Assembly (NCBI GenBank): GCA_964035545.1
Contig: OZ037771.1
Coordinates: 4,351,628-4,415,627, forward strand
Reading direction: 5' to 3'
DNA from: Bugula neritina
Taxonomy: Eukaryota > Animalia > Bryozoa
DNA length: 64,000 nucleotides
Shown here: positions 1 through 14,430 of the stretch, one piece after another
Layout: each line of letters starts with the position of its first letter
Position numbering within the stretch: position 1 is the first letter of the stretch
Made by a program: the position numbers and the translations under genes
The notes under the pieces: generated by a model
Database searches by the model: none
What the model saw: the letters and a program-made list of their open reading frames with translations, nothing else
Told to the model about the DNA's origin: nothing

Positions 1-2770
1 AATGATGAAACTGAAAAACTGCGTCACATTTTCAGGTGTTGCATAAGCTAGATTGCAGCTATTAAGATAAACTTAAGACCTACCCCTTTGCAAAAAATAT
101 TTCAATTTTGTATAGTGATTAATAACCCAACCTTCTTAGCTGCAGGTACTAAAAGAGACCGCAAACTTCCTTAACAAAGATATACTTGCATATTTTATAC
201 CTCATACTAAGTAAAGCAGGCACCAATTCTACCAACAACACACCGAGGTAGGCGCAGTGATGAAGAAATTAGGTAGAGTTTAGTTTTAGATGAGAAATGT
301 GGAACAAGGAGTTATGCTCCCACACAAATTTCAGCCTATGCCCCAAACCCAAATTTAATAAAACAATTTAAAAAATTAGGCAATTGAAAATTATATGGTC
401 ACTGCACCTAAATAGACAAATTTTGATAAAGTACACAGGGCCACGCAGCCCAGTTACTCGTCTAGCCCAAAAATGGGTTGTTGTCTGCTGGTTTTCATTG
501 GGATAACATACTGAGCGGAGAGTGTAGAAAACTTGTGTTGGTTTGATCTAATTGACTGATTATCATTAAGCAAGCACACTTTTTTACTTTCAATTCTTAA
601 TTTTTAATTAATAATTTTCAATTTTTAATTTGAGTTTTAATTTTTAGCAAACTGAATTAAAACAGTTTCGTATAGTTTGCATTTCCGCTTTTATAATATT
701 ATCTAAAGTCACTTTGTCGATGACGTAGATTTAAAAATAAATTTCTGTAGGCGAGCAGTAAAGTTAAGCTCCAGGATCATTAGCTAACAAACTTCCGCAC
801 CCACAACCCACGCATTGTGTGTGGCACGTCGTACTCGCAGTGAGTTTTAAAAAATTTGAACCTGCATGCAGAAAACTCTTGTTGTATGGCCCTACGCTAA
901 AAGAAATGGCTTTGTTATCTGCTAGGTTATTGTAAAGTCATTCTAACAATATTGCAGCCAGCCAGCTAGTAAGAGCTAGCAAGCTAAGCCTAAGTAACAA
1001 GGTAACATCGTAAGAGTTAGCAAGAAGTATAGCAGGCTGGAGAATTGTTTGGGGCAGTACTTGTAAGCTCATATTTTTTTAATTGATGAATCCCAGTCTA
1101 AGTGTTTGATTAACCCTAGCCTGTCTTTAATGAGCACAAAATCTAGGAAAAAACAAAAGTGCGCAGGAAGCTGGGCTGCCCACATTGGTAGTATGCGGTA
1201 AGTGAGATATGCCACAGAACAACCTCCATTAGTGCAGTCTATAACTAAGTTTCATGTTCGCATCAACTAGTTGACCTTCTCATGCAAATCAAGTAACTTC
1301 CCCGTACCTTTTTACTAGAAAGCAGACTCCCACCTGATCTGATCACAAGAAGTTTTATAACTCAACTCCCACCTTCTTGCAAGAAGTCTTATAACTCCAC
1401 CTTTTTACTAGAAAACGAAATTCCACCTTCTTACTAGAAATCAAATGCAAAATTGCTGCAGCTGCTTCGATCATCTACTCTTTATCATAGAGTAATTGAA
1501 TCCTCTCCAACTTTCCTGTTTCATGAGGGCGTTTAAAGAAGCTAAAAATACGAGTACCTTTTCATCTTTTTTATTGGACTCGGATATCCAACTTTTTATG
1601 TGGAGTTTAGTTTTATTTGTAATACAAATTATTTGTTATCTTGTAAGTAAACTTGCATGGCAATATCTAAACACCTGTGACAATCCAAATTTTGGCTAAT
1701 TTTCGTTGTGAACCACATGGTCGGCTATTTTTAGCACTATAGTTGATATTTAGTTTACAGTTTCTTGCTTGTGGCCTGAGCAAAAAGTGAAAAGTAGCAA
1801 TCTTGTATTCTAGAAAATATTTTTGTAGAAGCTATCATTACATGCTCATTCAGAAATGCCACCATGAATTCCATATAATATAGAAGGCACAAAAGTTTTG
1901 ATACAGATAAGCTGCTAGTACAGGTCATTTATTAATAACTCACTTCTGCCAGTCTTTACTTTGCAGTCCAAATCTTCAGACTTACCTTCACCTATCATCT
2001 ACTTGTATTGTTTTGCCCTGTTGTCCTCCAACATGGATGCTCTGTTTAAAAGATCCTTTTGCATCAGAGCCTTTCTATTTAGCGTAGAATTATACTACAC
2101 TGTGCAGATCTAAAGCCAAATTGGAGTGAAACATGAAGCACGTGTCAGCCGAGTTTGCACGAATAATAATTATTTTAAATTTGCTGCTGCCAAAAAAATT
2201 TAAATCTGCATCTTTAATTACTGTACTACTATGCCAGTCGTCTAAATAATAATTTGAAACCATTCACTTTAATTTATTCCTTTTATACGTTTATAAAAAC
2301 TTACACCCATGGCTGTGCATTATAATATGCATGCATACATGTATATGTGTTAAAACTTGAGGGAAGTATTTCTCCTATTTTCTTATGAGTATCGTGAGTT
2401 ATGCATGTGATTAATCATGTTCCCACAAGAATGTGACCCCAACCAGTTTGTAGACCAACTAATAACCAATTTCAAAGAATCCACAATTATAAATCTATCA
2501 AAATACATTCAGGGCCGAAGCTGGCTTATATAAGTGTTATTTTGCTGCTATATCTTAGACAGTTTAGCTCTGCACTTTACATATTTAGTAACCTTCAACT
2601 TGGACTATCAATTTTCAGCTGTCAAGATGATGGTTTAAAGTTATGAAGCAATGAACTCATTTGGTTGCTACATCTACGCTTATGATAATACATAAATTAT
2701 AATACAACATATTGATCCTGTTGCTTGTAATACATAGTACGTATTAAAATACTATAATAATACAGTATAT

Positions 2771-2974
2771 TGTGTGTGCTGTGTGTGCTGTGTGTGCTGT
2801 GTGTGCGTGTGTGCGTGTGTGCGTGTGTGCGTGTGTGCGTGTGTGCGTGTGTGCGTGTGTGTGTGTGTGTGTGTGTGCGTTGTGTGTTGTGTGTGTTGTG
2901 TGTGTGTTGTGTGTTTGTGTGTGTGCGTGTTTGCGCGTGTGCGTGTGTGTGCGTGTGTGTGTTGTGTGTGAGTG
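2771..2974. repeat. Compound (TG)n/(GTGTGC)n microsatellite
   Basis: Direct inspection. Confidence 0.95.
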
Positions 2975-5201
2975 TAAACAAACACTGCTACATATATTAG
3001 TATACACTATTACAACATATACTGTAAAATACACCTATAGCTCATAATTCTTCTTACATGCAAAACAAATACTGTAAGTACATCTTTCTACTAGGTCACC
3101 AAGGTGTAGCTGTGTAGTATACCAAATAAAATATGTCTTGCAACATAGTGTATTTGATATCATCAAAAGATATAATATATATTTGGCATGCAATGCATAA
3201 GAAGAAAAGTTAATGAAAAGTCAAGCATATAACAAATGTATGTTTCAAGGCCCATATATCAAATGTGGGTGGCATATAAATACTTTGCCAGCCCTAGGAA
3301 TTTTAATAAAGTAATAATTATAGTTTGGTAAATATTTAAATTAAAGATAAAAGCACAGTATTGTACCAAAAAAGATGCCTTATGTGTGGGAGTATTATAA
3401 CGGGGTGTGTCAAAAGTAACTCAATTAGAAACTCCCGATTGCATGTAATTTATAAATTTTCTGCCTACAACCGATAATTTTTTTCAAAGCAATAATCAAA
3501 ATATTATATTATCTAGCAGTACCACCTTTCACCGCCATGGTTTGTACATCTATTTGTAATGTATATATATTTTGTACCTATATACTTTTTATCTTAAATT
3601 TCAATAAAAAACGAAATTTTGTTCCATAATTATAGCTATTCTGTAGAAACTAAAGTTGCTTTTTATTTGCCATATATCTTTGAAACAAAAACAAAAATCG
3701 TAGCAGATCTAAATGGATATAAAATCTATTTTACAGTTTTACAAACTTATAATTTGGAGCACACAAAAGCTCTCAACCATGAACAATAAAATTGTTACTT
3801 ATGCAGTGTTGGTAGTATTCTGCATGCACTATACTGCGCAATGCACCTTCACTACTGATACCAACATGCTTCTTTGCCAGAATTTTAGTGCTTTATTTCG
3901 AATAATGTTATACAAAAGACTTCTCACGAAATATGCATCACATTTATTTTTACAGCGAATAGACTTTTCCAAAAAATGATTGTGCAATATCCTTTTCTGA
4001 TGATTCACGAATGCAAAGTGTAGAAGGAATTTGATGCTGTCCTGCTTAGAAATGACATTGCTGCAATGTTAGTCTACATTTGATAATAAAAATGTTATTT
4101 TATTCACTGACAAGAATACAATGGAGTTTTAATAGACTAATATCTTTCAATATAATAATATAATTTATTTGTAAACAAAACAGAGTAAGTAGTCAAATGT
4201 ATATATACTATTTTATATCAAATAATTATTTTATCACCTAACCAGATAGCAAAATATATTTACAAAACAAAAACACCACTACAAGAAAAATTATGACAAT
4301 TAATGCAAATAATATTGCTACAGATATGTAAAACATGATAAAAATAACATCATCACAAAGTAAATATACAAATTAGCTACAATTTTCTATAGCCTTCACA
4401 AGTTACATTTAAGATAAATTCACATTGGCAAATATTTGGCTTTGCAAATATTTGGCTTCATACACAAAGAGGACTTTGAATAAAATACATAAAACTTAGA
4501 AATAAATTGGTGAAACATATAGTCAAAATAATATAATATATTCCCTTAGCGAAATGGCAAGAAAGTTCTGAGTATTTAATTACAATATAGTTATTATTAT
4601 TAAAATTTCTCCTTGTTATACTTACACGCTTAAAAGAAAGCATTTTAGGAAAATTTAGCTTTCCTGCAGTAAGCCAACAGACAACTTTTAGAGGTTAAAA
4701 ATTTCATTATAGATACCTGTCATCATAACGCAGACTACATACAATACATGTTGCACAATGAGAGCCAGTGTAAAAGCAAGTTTTACAAAAGTGTTGCAAA
4801 AAAAACAGTACATTCTACAACTTATCAAACTCATAATTACAATATTTAAATAACAATAAAATGAGAATTGAGGACTAGTTTGAATAGCTGAAAATCTGAA
4901 TAAAATATTTACAAGTTCTACATAAACGAAGATGCAGCCATACAACAGAAATATGACTAGTCTAGAAAAGTAGTGGAAGAGCAACGCAACCACAATGACT
5001 AGCAACGTAATTAAAAAACTTTTTTAGTTATAAAACTACCAGGAGCTATGGGATTGGCACGTTTGGCAGCATCGCTGCCGACATAAACAACTAATACAGG
5101 TAATCACTGTGTAACAATTATTTAATGCATTCTTTTACCACGAGAATAAACAGATAAGCTAGATAGTTATTTCCTTGTTGTATTTGCAGATTCTTCCACC
5201 A

Positions 5202-8200
5202 TTAAACTCCCTCATTTTTGATGAGATCTTTGGATTCGGGCAATTCTGCTTTTTCTGCATCTTTTTTTGCAATGAATGCTGTTTTAACATCCTTCCCTAA
5301 AGATATACAATATATTGCAAAAAATGGAACTTGAAATATTCACTAGAATGATATTTTTTCTCAAATTGAAAATTAATTGACATAAAAAACTTATGCAAGT
5401 ATATAGTCACTATCCCTGTGAGAACTCCTGATGGAAGAGGTTTTTATGATAAGATTATCGATATAAAGACTAATCTTGCATGTCTTTCATACTTATAACG
5501 TGATTTAAGATTCAGAGTTATAGGAAAAGGAAATACTAACCTTCGCTGTCAGAGCTGGCTTGAGCTGCCGGAGTACAGAGGAAACGAATGATTCCCTCGT
5601 TGATGAGGATGAAAACAACCAGAAAGATGCCACAACTCGCGGCGCAACACTGGAACAGAATCTTGTAACCAAACGGATCCATTTCTGACTTGTAGGTGTC
5701 CGCAAAAATACCTCCCAGCAAACTGCCCAACCCTAAACCTTTAAATAAATGAATGTGATAGATCACAGGCTACACAAACTCTATATAGCAATGAGAAAAC
5801 ATAGCCTTAGAGCATTAGCTTGAACTGTTGAGGCTAGCCAGTAGAAACACTTACCAAGTCCCCATTTGGTTCCATTGATGAGTCCGACAATTGTCCCTGT
5901 GTAACCTTTTGTCGTAATCTTCCCAGCATGCATGTTGGCAGCAGTAAACATCAAGCCAAACGTAAACATGTGAGTTGTTTCCACGGCGATAGCCCACATA
6001 GGTCCGGGTATGTACACATACGAGATGAATCGTACTGCATAGGCGGCCATTGCTAAATACAGACACGGCAGCGTGCCGACCTGAAAACAGACATACGTAA
6101 TACGTCAATCATCACACGACACTTCCAAAACAAGCAAACCAAAGCAAAATTGTGTTCAACTGTGATCGGTTTTAACGGAAGAAATGCACAATCTGGTTGT
6201 GTAAAATAACCAGAGACATACTGAAAATATGCCTGCTACAATTACCCAACACACGGTAGCTAATATTTAGAGTATGGCAGCTTTATTATTACAATGGTTG
6301 GGAATATTTATAAAGAAAAAATATAAAAAACTATCTGCTGCCAAAGACGCATATGTCTTCCTTGCACCACAAAAGGTCAAATTAGAAATCCTCTTACATC
6401 CTCACATTTCATGCGTATTTAGAATTAATAATCATTTCCAGAGAATCGATAAAATAACCTACAGAGAGTTGACTGCCAAAATGCCATGAGAAAAAAGTTT
6501 TGACGCCATTTTTGTGATGAATTACCTTCTCCACAATCCAGCCTCCGATAACAAAGATGGGGAACTCTACCAGCACGCTGACGAGCACGCACAAGCCGAT
6601 GTTGATCTGAGTAGCTTGAAATGTGACTCGTAGGTACAAGAATGCGTATGTCATCACTACGCCATTGTAGAATCCGAGAACCAGAATTATGAACAGAAAT
6701 GAGACAACTCTCACATTCTTCAAGATGCTTTTCAGCCCTAAAACACGTACTGATTTTACAGCAAGTAGACAAATTGTAGAATCTAGCACATTTTCAGAAA
6801 ATACAACAAATATGTAGGTAGAGGGTGCGCACTAATTCAGGATGACACTAATGAGAATTGGACAAAAAATGTCCCTCGTATGAATGAATTGTATTTTTAA
6901 CCAAGAAAAACACTCATCACAGCTAAAAAATAATACGGATAGTATCCGTATGCCACTTTGACACCAAGCATATATTCTATAAACACTATTATGAAGGTTG
7001 CAGCAATCAGCTGAAAATTGCCATGTGATGCAATTTGTTTCTAGTGGGCAGCTCTCCAAATTGGAAAATCTGAAAGGTACAAGTCAGTTCAAGGACACAT
7101 CTTATGTGATGGTCCAACCATTGCAAACTCCTACCTAATAAAACATTTTTAGTTCCGTCATTGAAAAGAACAAACAGTTTAGCTCCTGCTTCAGTCATAG
7201 CGTGCGTCTTTTAACTAGAAAAAAAATTGTTTCCTCTATTTTTAATAATTTAGAAGCCTAAAAAATTGAATACCTGTGATGACTTGAGAAGACTTGGCAA
7301 CGTTTCCTTTAGGATGGAAGTAAGCGACAGCACCTGACGACAAGCTAAGCAGCAAGTAGATGTAGAAAGCCGGGGTGTAATCTATTTGATTGGCTACAAC
7401 AGTTTGTTTCGATCCGAGTCTCTCAATAAGTATGCTGACCAGCAATGCAGAGAGGCCGTAGCCAGCACTACCCCATAGTCTAGATCTCCCCCACTTTCTT
7501 CTATCTTCTCCTGCAATTAGAGAAAGCATAATTACGTTGCTATACTATTAATAGTTAGAAGATTGTGAAAACTTTGGTGAAAATTTAGTTTTTCGGCTTA
7601 TTTATAGGGAATAACTGAATAAAATACACAATGCTCTAATTGAAAATAAACTAGAAGTAAAATTCCGACAAAAGTTTATACAAACAAAAATGCAAAACAC
7701 GATTAATCATTTTCTAGCAGGATATTATTACTAGGGCAGCATAAAAACACAGATCTGTTTTGCACCAAGCAGTAAAATTAATGTATTTTTCTAAATAAAT
7801 TAAAATGGTAAAGACAGAAAATTCTTACCAAGTAAACTGAGTGCAATGGCATCATTCATCATGAGCTCATTGCTGCCGAACAATGCTGCCATGACTCCAA
7901 TCACAAGGCACAGCCAGAAAGTCAAAGACACGAAGTCAGCAGTGGGCGTTTCATATTCACAGTCGAAAGACACAGCGCATGACACAGTGTCTTCTGCACT
8001 TTGGTATGTTACAATACTTGAAGAATTTTTAAAGGTTATTTGAGATGAATTTATAGCTGAGTCAATGGAGACGTTGTTATTCAAATGGCATTGTATGTTG
8101 CAGATCTGAGAGGTAAACTGTAGGCACATGTTTGGCTGGTGGCAGGGCAGAGGCTGGTCACATGATATGTTTGGTGAAGGCGGAGAGTTCATGAAATCAA

Positions 8201-11200
8201 AACTGTTACACTGGAGGGTAGCATGGGAGACTCTGATTGGCTGAGAAGGCAAGGAAATGGCGGGAACGGCAAGCATGGAGGCGTATAAAGGTCCGGTACA
8301 AACACAACTTAGAATAAGAATCAACTTGTGAGATTGAAATTTATCTGCTACGAATCCAACAATTGCATTTTTGAAGAAAGTCATGAAAAATATGAGGAAG
8401 TAGATGACTGCAAGCTCTTTCTGCCGAACTCCAATTTGCGTGAGAAATATAGGAAAGTATGGAAGTAACGTAGCCACAGCTGAAAATAAAAATATAATAA
8501 TTATTATCTTATAACTTTTAAAATAGGTCTGTAAAAACAATATTTCATTGTTCACCTTTTTCCTAGAACCTAGATTAATTGTCTAGTGATAACATTGTGG
8601 ACTTCTTAAATAACACTTGTCAAGTACAATAAAGGTTTTTACTGGAAAAACTCTGTTCTCACAACTTTCTAAAAACAGCCAGTCCTGGGTTAAAAAAATA
8701 TGCTAAACATTTTTGTAGGTTGGGGTATAAAGTGTGGTTGTATAGTTTTAGTATTTGTCTCTAGAACTTAGTAGCGTGCCAGCTCTACCTTCAGTTGGCA
8801 AGCTACCAACAGTACTAACACTTCCACATTGATATTAAATGTGGTATTTTGCACAATACTTCCTTTAGTATTAATTGCCATAACAAAGTAGAGTCTAATA
8901 TAACTAGGCCCCTGAGCCCTGAGAGTTGGAAATAAAATGTCGGCTAATTTTAATAACCAATGCTACACAAACTATTACTATTTTGAACAAAACTTCAATA
9001 ATTTTAGAAACCAAATTATTGATCTGAAAATGAAAATAAGCATAAGTGTATGATCATGCATTAATCTATCCTTTATTATAACTGCTCATTTGGAGAACTT
9101 GCAGTATAAATCAATTGCCAAATTTTTATTTGCCTATAAATTTAACACAGAGTTTTGTTATTCACATATAGAAATTTATTAGTAAAAATTGTGAGGGGGG
9201 GGGGGTAGAGTGGGTCAAGCATTTGGGGGCAGTGATTAAGAAATTTCAATAGTTAAAAAGTTTTCAATATTTTTTATGAATCTCGGTTTAGGGCTTGGGT
9301 TGAAGTTTTTCTTTACAAAATAAGCATTTACCATCGCCGTACCTCACTTTAATTTAACTTTTAATAAAAACTTGTAATAAAACTTTTCTCGAAAGCTTAG
9401 GTAAGATCAAATTTTAGAAAGAAGTTATTCAAAAATTTTGTTCCTGCAAGATATTTTCAGCCAAATATAATATTCTAGTAACTCAAAAGTACATTTACAG
9501 GAAAATAAAACAATAAAAAGTGGCATTTGTGAAATGTTTGCACATCAACCACTAATTTTTTCTGTAGGTACATCAGGAGTTCGAAACTCCCTGGAAGTTG
9601 AGTAGAACTGTTACACCTGACAGTTGAAGTAGATCCACGTACAGATGCGGAGACCTAAACAACTCTAATATCAAAACAATTTACAAAAACACCAGCTGGG
9701 AGGAGACAGAATTGGCCTTTACCAACTCACAGCTGACACTCTGACGTAAATTGTCGCCTAATCGTAGCTTGCCAATGCTTGCTTTTGAAAAAAAAGGAAG
9801 TTCTAAATCCTGGCTCAATTCTCTCAAGAAAAATTTCAAATTGCCTGAAAGCCAGCTCAGTCTGGGGCTTTTTATTTGTTTCTTGGATAATCAATTCAGT
9901 ATTTTCAAAGCAAAAAAAGTTTTGGCAGTGGAAGCAGATTTTGCAAATGTTTGGCGGGTAGAAATCTGCATATATAAGTGGATATTTTAGAACGTGTAGA
10001 AATAGTCAAGACCGTTACTTGCAAATGTTGAATGGCTAGCTATGAGGGGAGGTTCAACTATAGTCGGCACCATATCATTGGTCATTAGAGGCAAACTACA
10101 CGAACCGGACCACCCACGTAGAAATACAGGTTGTATAAAATTGGCATCTTGTTTTCTTGTGCCAAAGAGTTTGTGACGCAAGCCCTTTGAATAACAAATT
10201 GCTATTTTAAATGCAGTCATTCAAGTTTTAAATTTTCAAGTAAAGAGAGAGGTTTTGCTATGCCAATGTAGCTAAACACCGATAAAAAAAAACTCCAGGC
10301 AATAAATTAATATATTCTCGAACTTCTTAACAGCTTTCCTTTTTAATTAAATACTTTAATGATTAAATTAAAAAAAGTTCCTAAAAGTAATACAACTTAT
10401 TTCTTCAATATTAGTACTAGCAATATCATGGGTGCTGATTGATATACTTTTCACTTTATTGCACAGCAAAACTATGAAATAAAAATTCTGCTATCAAAAG
10501 ATGATTTATTTAACAATAAATTTCAATTTGTATGAATACGAGGTGTAGTGAAAACAAAACTACACCCAATTTAAAATTTCCAGTTATACATCAAATGAGG
10601 GGAATAATTAAAACACAGAAATCAGTCATTTTAAGCAAGAAATTTATATTATAGATTTAAAATTTTATGCTGGGCTTGCAATACATGTACAAATGATCAG
10701 CACAAGGCTTTGCATCATAGACATTTAAAACAACTCCCTACCAGTATTGTATAGTGCGTATGTACGTGTGGTGTCGCAGTATCAATAAGTAAAGAGCACG
10801 CATAATGGAAGCCTTTTAAAAGTTGTAGCCCTGTTGACTGGGTAACTAAAGGTACATTAATTTTTAGGCAAGTGACCAAAGAATGTAGACTGCGCCATAT
10901 TAATTACTTTCATTAATTGCATGTGTTTACTAAAATGATTGGAGAAGTCAATAACTTCTATGGATATATTGAAACGTGATGATGCAACTTTTACACTGAG
11001 TATAATTTCAATTGCTTGCCAATTACTTAATATTTATTTTTGATGTTTGCTAAATTACTAGCATTTTTAGAAAACATAAAAAATTGTTTACAATTTATTA
11101 CGAAAATGATATTATGTTTTAATGCTGAAGGCAACAATTGGTTTAGAATTTAGATATAAATTTGGAGTTTCAGCAGCTCTGCATTTTGATTGGCCGAATT

Positions 11201-13200
11201 TTACTAAGAAATAAATGCCGTAAACTAAATTCAATAATATTTTTTAGTTAAAAAGACAATTTGGTAGCTTGAGTAGCACTAGAATAAACTCAGGGAAAAA
11301 TTAAACTAGGGCATAGTAGCCGCAAACTCAAGTTAGCTGGTAAAGCACTTAATAGCTCCACTAACTCATTCACACCATTTAGCTTATGACAAAGCCAAGA
11401 ATATGACATGCTACCTACTCTGCTGTTTACAAGATCACCTGTAAATTAATTTTCAAAGCGTAAAAATAATAAATTAATAAATTTTAAACTGTGATGTGTG
11501 GTTTTTGTGCCAAAAAAATGCGGCACTCAACTTTTTGCTTGATTGCTCTAGAGACTTGGATTTACAAATGTTACACAACTTCAGCTCCTTGCTACACGTA
11601 GGTGGGTTTTATTCAGTAGAAAGAAACGAATGCTAGAAGAAACAGCAAGCAAGCTGAGTATGCTACAACTCTCCAAGAAAGCAACAGTCAGTATGTTGTC
11701 CAGTATTGCATCGATTTTTGTGTAGCAACAAGCTGTGATACCATAACTTCCTATAAGGTCTGCTTGCCTAGACATGTGTACTAACAAGTTACGTAATAAT
11801 AGTAATAACAGTAAACAGTGTCACTGACCAGACTGGTAAAAATAGTAAAGTTGTAAGCATCTACGACTGATTGAGTCAAGTCTATAATTAGATCATCATC
11901 TAGCAATTGAAAATAGACATGTCGGGTTATCTATCTGCACAAAAACATCTAAAACTAACATCGGCCCAGCCTGATTGAAGAGAAAATAATGGCATATTTT
12001 ACAGACATAACACAACTTAACTTCTTTTAGAACTGTATTCATAGATCTGTGGCTGCTGGCTGAGATACCAGGTGTGCAAAATACGTCATTTAGCTTTCTA
12101 CATTCCAACCTCCAGCTTTGGTACAAAAGTAGCAGTAGTAAAAAGAGTCCAAACTCACAAATATTTTTTGAAAGTAAAAATATTCTTTGAAAACACATTA
12201 ATTAGGTCTGAGTTAAGTTAGTCTTTCAACATTTCTTAAAGAGTTTAAAGAATAAAGTTTGGTATGGAATAATTTTTATCAAATAAGAATCAAGGAAAAC
12301 CTGTCCTCAACTCCAAGATAAAATCTTGTATGATAATAAATAAATATGTAATCATCTGATACGAGTCACCGTGACTTACAATTTTGCTGAAAAATAACAT
12401 AGAAACCTAATTGCTGGTTTAGAAACAGATTCTTGATTGCACGCTGTGAGCCCGTAAGACTGGATAAACAGCTCTTCCAAAGAAAAAGATAGCTATGTGC
12501 AGTAAGAAAGAAAAAGAAGCCTGTGATCTAGATTAGAAATATAGCAGGAGAAGTTATGCTGAACCCACATCCCAAACCAAATTTTTAAAGAAAACTAAAA
12601 ACTTAGACTATAAACCTTTCTCCACTGAGTAAGTACAGAGTTAGACTATGTAACCATAAGATGCTGGTAGCAGAGCAAACCCACGTATTGTGAAATAACT
12701 CATTGTGTAGTAATAATGCCACATTGTAGAAAACCGCTATTATAACTGCTCAAGTTTAGATTATCAATATGAATTTTGTTAAGTTATAGAAATAAAGCTC
12801 TATTTATTAACCTTTCTTTTGGAGGACTAAAATGTAACAACCTCAACTATTGCACAGCCCGACAAGCTAGAACAGCCAATCACTGCCTATAGCACATCAC
12901 CAAGAAACTAAATGCCCGCCATGTTTATAGTACTGAAAGACACAATGCTTTCTAGAAGGGCTCGGCCTTGCTCAATGACAATAGTACTTGAATTTAACCC
13001 CTTTCAATCTAGAAGCAACAATACTAGTGAATACAATACTTAATAACACACATTAATTAGGATATGATAGCCGGTTCAATATATAGTTACATGCAGTATT
13101 ACATGTGTAATATATACCAGAAAAATGAATTACCAGAGAGGGTTAAGAAATATATCGCTTTAATAGTGATAAGCCTTTGGTCTACTGTATACCATGCCAT
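5202..13200 (-). CDS. Major facilitator superfamily domain-containing protein 6-like (MFS_1-like) transporter, 7 coding exons
   Basis: Exons (minus): 13134-13200 (MAWYTVDQRLITIKAIYFLTLS), 7829-8479, 7274-7510, 6526-6737, 5855-6080, 5541-5738, 5202-5296 (TAA at 5202-5204). All introns are GT-AG with consistent phases. Motifs: TLLPYFPIFLTQIG, GFVADKFQSHK, a Cys-rich large loop, WGRSRLWGSAGYG, VEFPIF, HMFTFGL and KWGLGLGLGSLLGG, typical of MFSD6-family proteins. Confidence 0.88.
5395..5448 (-). mobile_element. SINE family A 3' fragment in MFSD6-like last intron
   Basis: TATAGTCACTATCCCTGTGAGAACTCCTGATGGAAGAGGTTTTT matches the family A tail. Confidence 0.65.
12495..12610 (+). repeat. Dispersed repeat family C (related copies near 250-380, 15880-15980, 27565-27650)
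   Basis: Shared motifs GCAGTAA..GAAA..GCCTGT..TAGATTAGAAAT..GTTATGCT..CCCAAACCAAATTT seen at several loci; old and diverged. Confidence 0.5.
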
Positions 13201-13274
13201 GGCAAGAGTTGGCTGTACCGTCCCCACAAAGACTTCCAGTTAGCAGGATGCAAAATCAACCTAATAAAAAAATG

Positions 13275-13278
<4 letters not shown>

Positions 13279-13358
<80 letters not shown>
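13279..13358. repeat. (TA)n microsatellite
   Basis: Direct inspection; lies next to the acceptor of the MFSD6-like ATG exon. Confidence 0.95.
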
Positions 13359-13361
<3 letters not shown>

Positions 13362-13823
13362 AAAAGTGCAAAATTGCATACTACATTATTAAATAAATTA
13401 AATTAAATATATATAATTATATTAAATTAAATTTAATATTTGAAAGTGAAAAGTTAAAATGTTTAATTATATTGTTACAGGAAAGCATATTATGTAATTA
13501 TATGTAGAGAAATGCAATCTATTAGATGAATGGAAAAGGTAAGCAGCTGTTAGCAGGAAGGAAGACCAATGAGTGGCCAAAAAATGACATGTCCATCAGT
13601 AATGGCCATTGGAGTGCTTACGAAATAGGTAGGCTGAATGAAATGAAATGGAATTTTGGCTGGCTATCATTGTCCAATGAAAACAGCTGAAAGAGAAGTA
13701 ATTCTTGGCAAAGACTACTCTTTAACCTCCTACTGACCGCTGATTACTGCTTTGCTATTGGTTACCTCTTAGCACGTGAAATATAACTAGGCCAAATCAC
13801 TGCCTTACCATAAAATCTCATGC

Positions 13824-14127
13824 AAGTTTATAGTCGCCATCCCTGTGAGAAAACCCCTGATGGAAGGGGTTTTTGTAAATTGGGCTAAGGACTTATTCAT
13901 ATGTGGCACAAGAGCAATTATGACTGGATACTCTTCCTAACATCACCAATAGCTTTTTTTTGTCAGACTACAGTTGAAACTGAACTATGAAGGCGTTTTC
14001 GAGGCTCTGTGACATCACAACTGTCTGATTTTCGCTATGTGTTCAGCATTCACAGTTGAGTTTCAACTGTAGTCTGATTGAGGCATATAAGCAAACACTC
14101 TAACCCTTAGACCACGGCTCTTCCCTG
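13824..14127 (-). mobile_element. tRNA-derived SINE (family A), interrupted copy
   Basis: Aligns by eye with the copy at 53944-54150 (ATCCCTGTGAGAAAACCC..GGGCTAAGGACTTATTCA..GAGCAATTATGACTGGAT..CTCTAACCC.TAGACCA.GGCT..TCCCTG). The B-box segment is replaced by a hairpin element at 13963-14077. Confidence 0.8.
13963..14077. mobile_element. 115-bp element with perfect 19-bp inverted termini, inside a SINE
   Basis: TCAGACTACAGTTGAAACT (13963-13981) and AGTTTCAACTGTAGTCTGA (14059-14077). Confidence 0.7.
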
Positions 14128-14139
14128 AACACTGCCTTA

Positions 14140-14430
14140 CCCCTCGTTCACACTTTGCCATATTGTACGCCATAACGTAAAATGTCAGCCATTTTTAATC
14201 TGTCCGGGCTGAAATTTTCAAAGTCTGCTATTAGGTAGGATCTATGACACTTCATTGGACAATTATATCCAATGAGTTAACACAAAAGTTTTTCTGTCGA
14301 ATAGGAGCCCTCCGGAACTTGTTTGAATCAAGCAGTGCTTGATGCTAACGTACTGTAGCATCGTACAGGAAGCTCAGACATTTGTAAAAATTGCTGATAT
14401 TTTACTATACGGCAAAGTGTGAATAGAGGG
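14140..14430. mobile_element. MITE with about 50-bp imperfect terminal inverted repeats (PIF/Harbinger-like ends)
   Basis: Left CCCTCGTTCACACTTTGCC..GTAAAATGTCAGCCATTTTTA; right TAAAAATTGCTGATATTTTAC..GGCAAAGTGTGAATAGAGGG. Confidence 0.7.

Noticed and set aside
1440-2045. Possible exons of a minus-strand gene at the window start
   Set aside because: The splice-like boundaries at about 1986-2041 enclose stop codons or unrecognisable peptides; cannot be supported.
2697-3047. Six overlapping ORFs rich in His/Thr or Cys/Val
   Set aside because: Translations of a TG-type microsatellite; no splice or homology support.
9560-10220. Exon-like, moderately GC-rich patches in MFSD6-like intron 1
   Set aside because: No recognisable protein motif and no consistent splice chain; possibly decayed transposon sequence.
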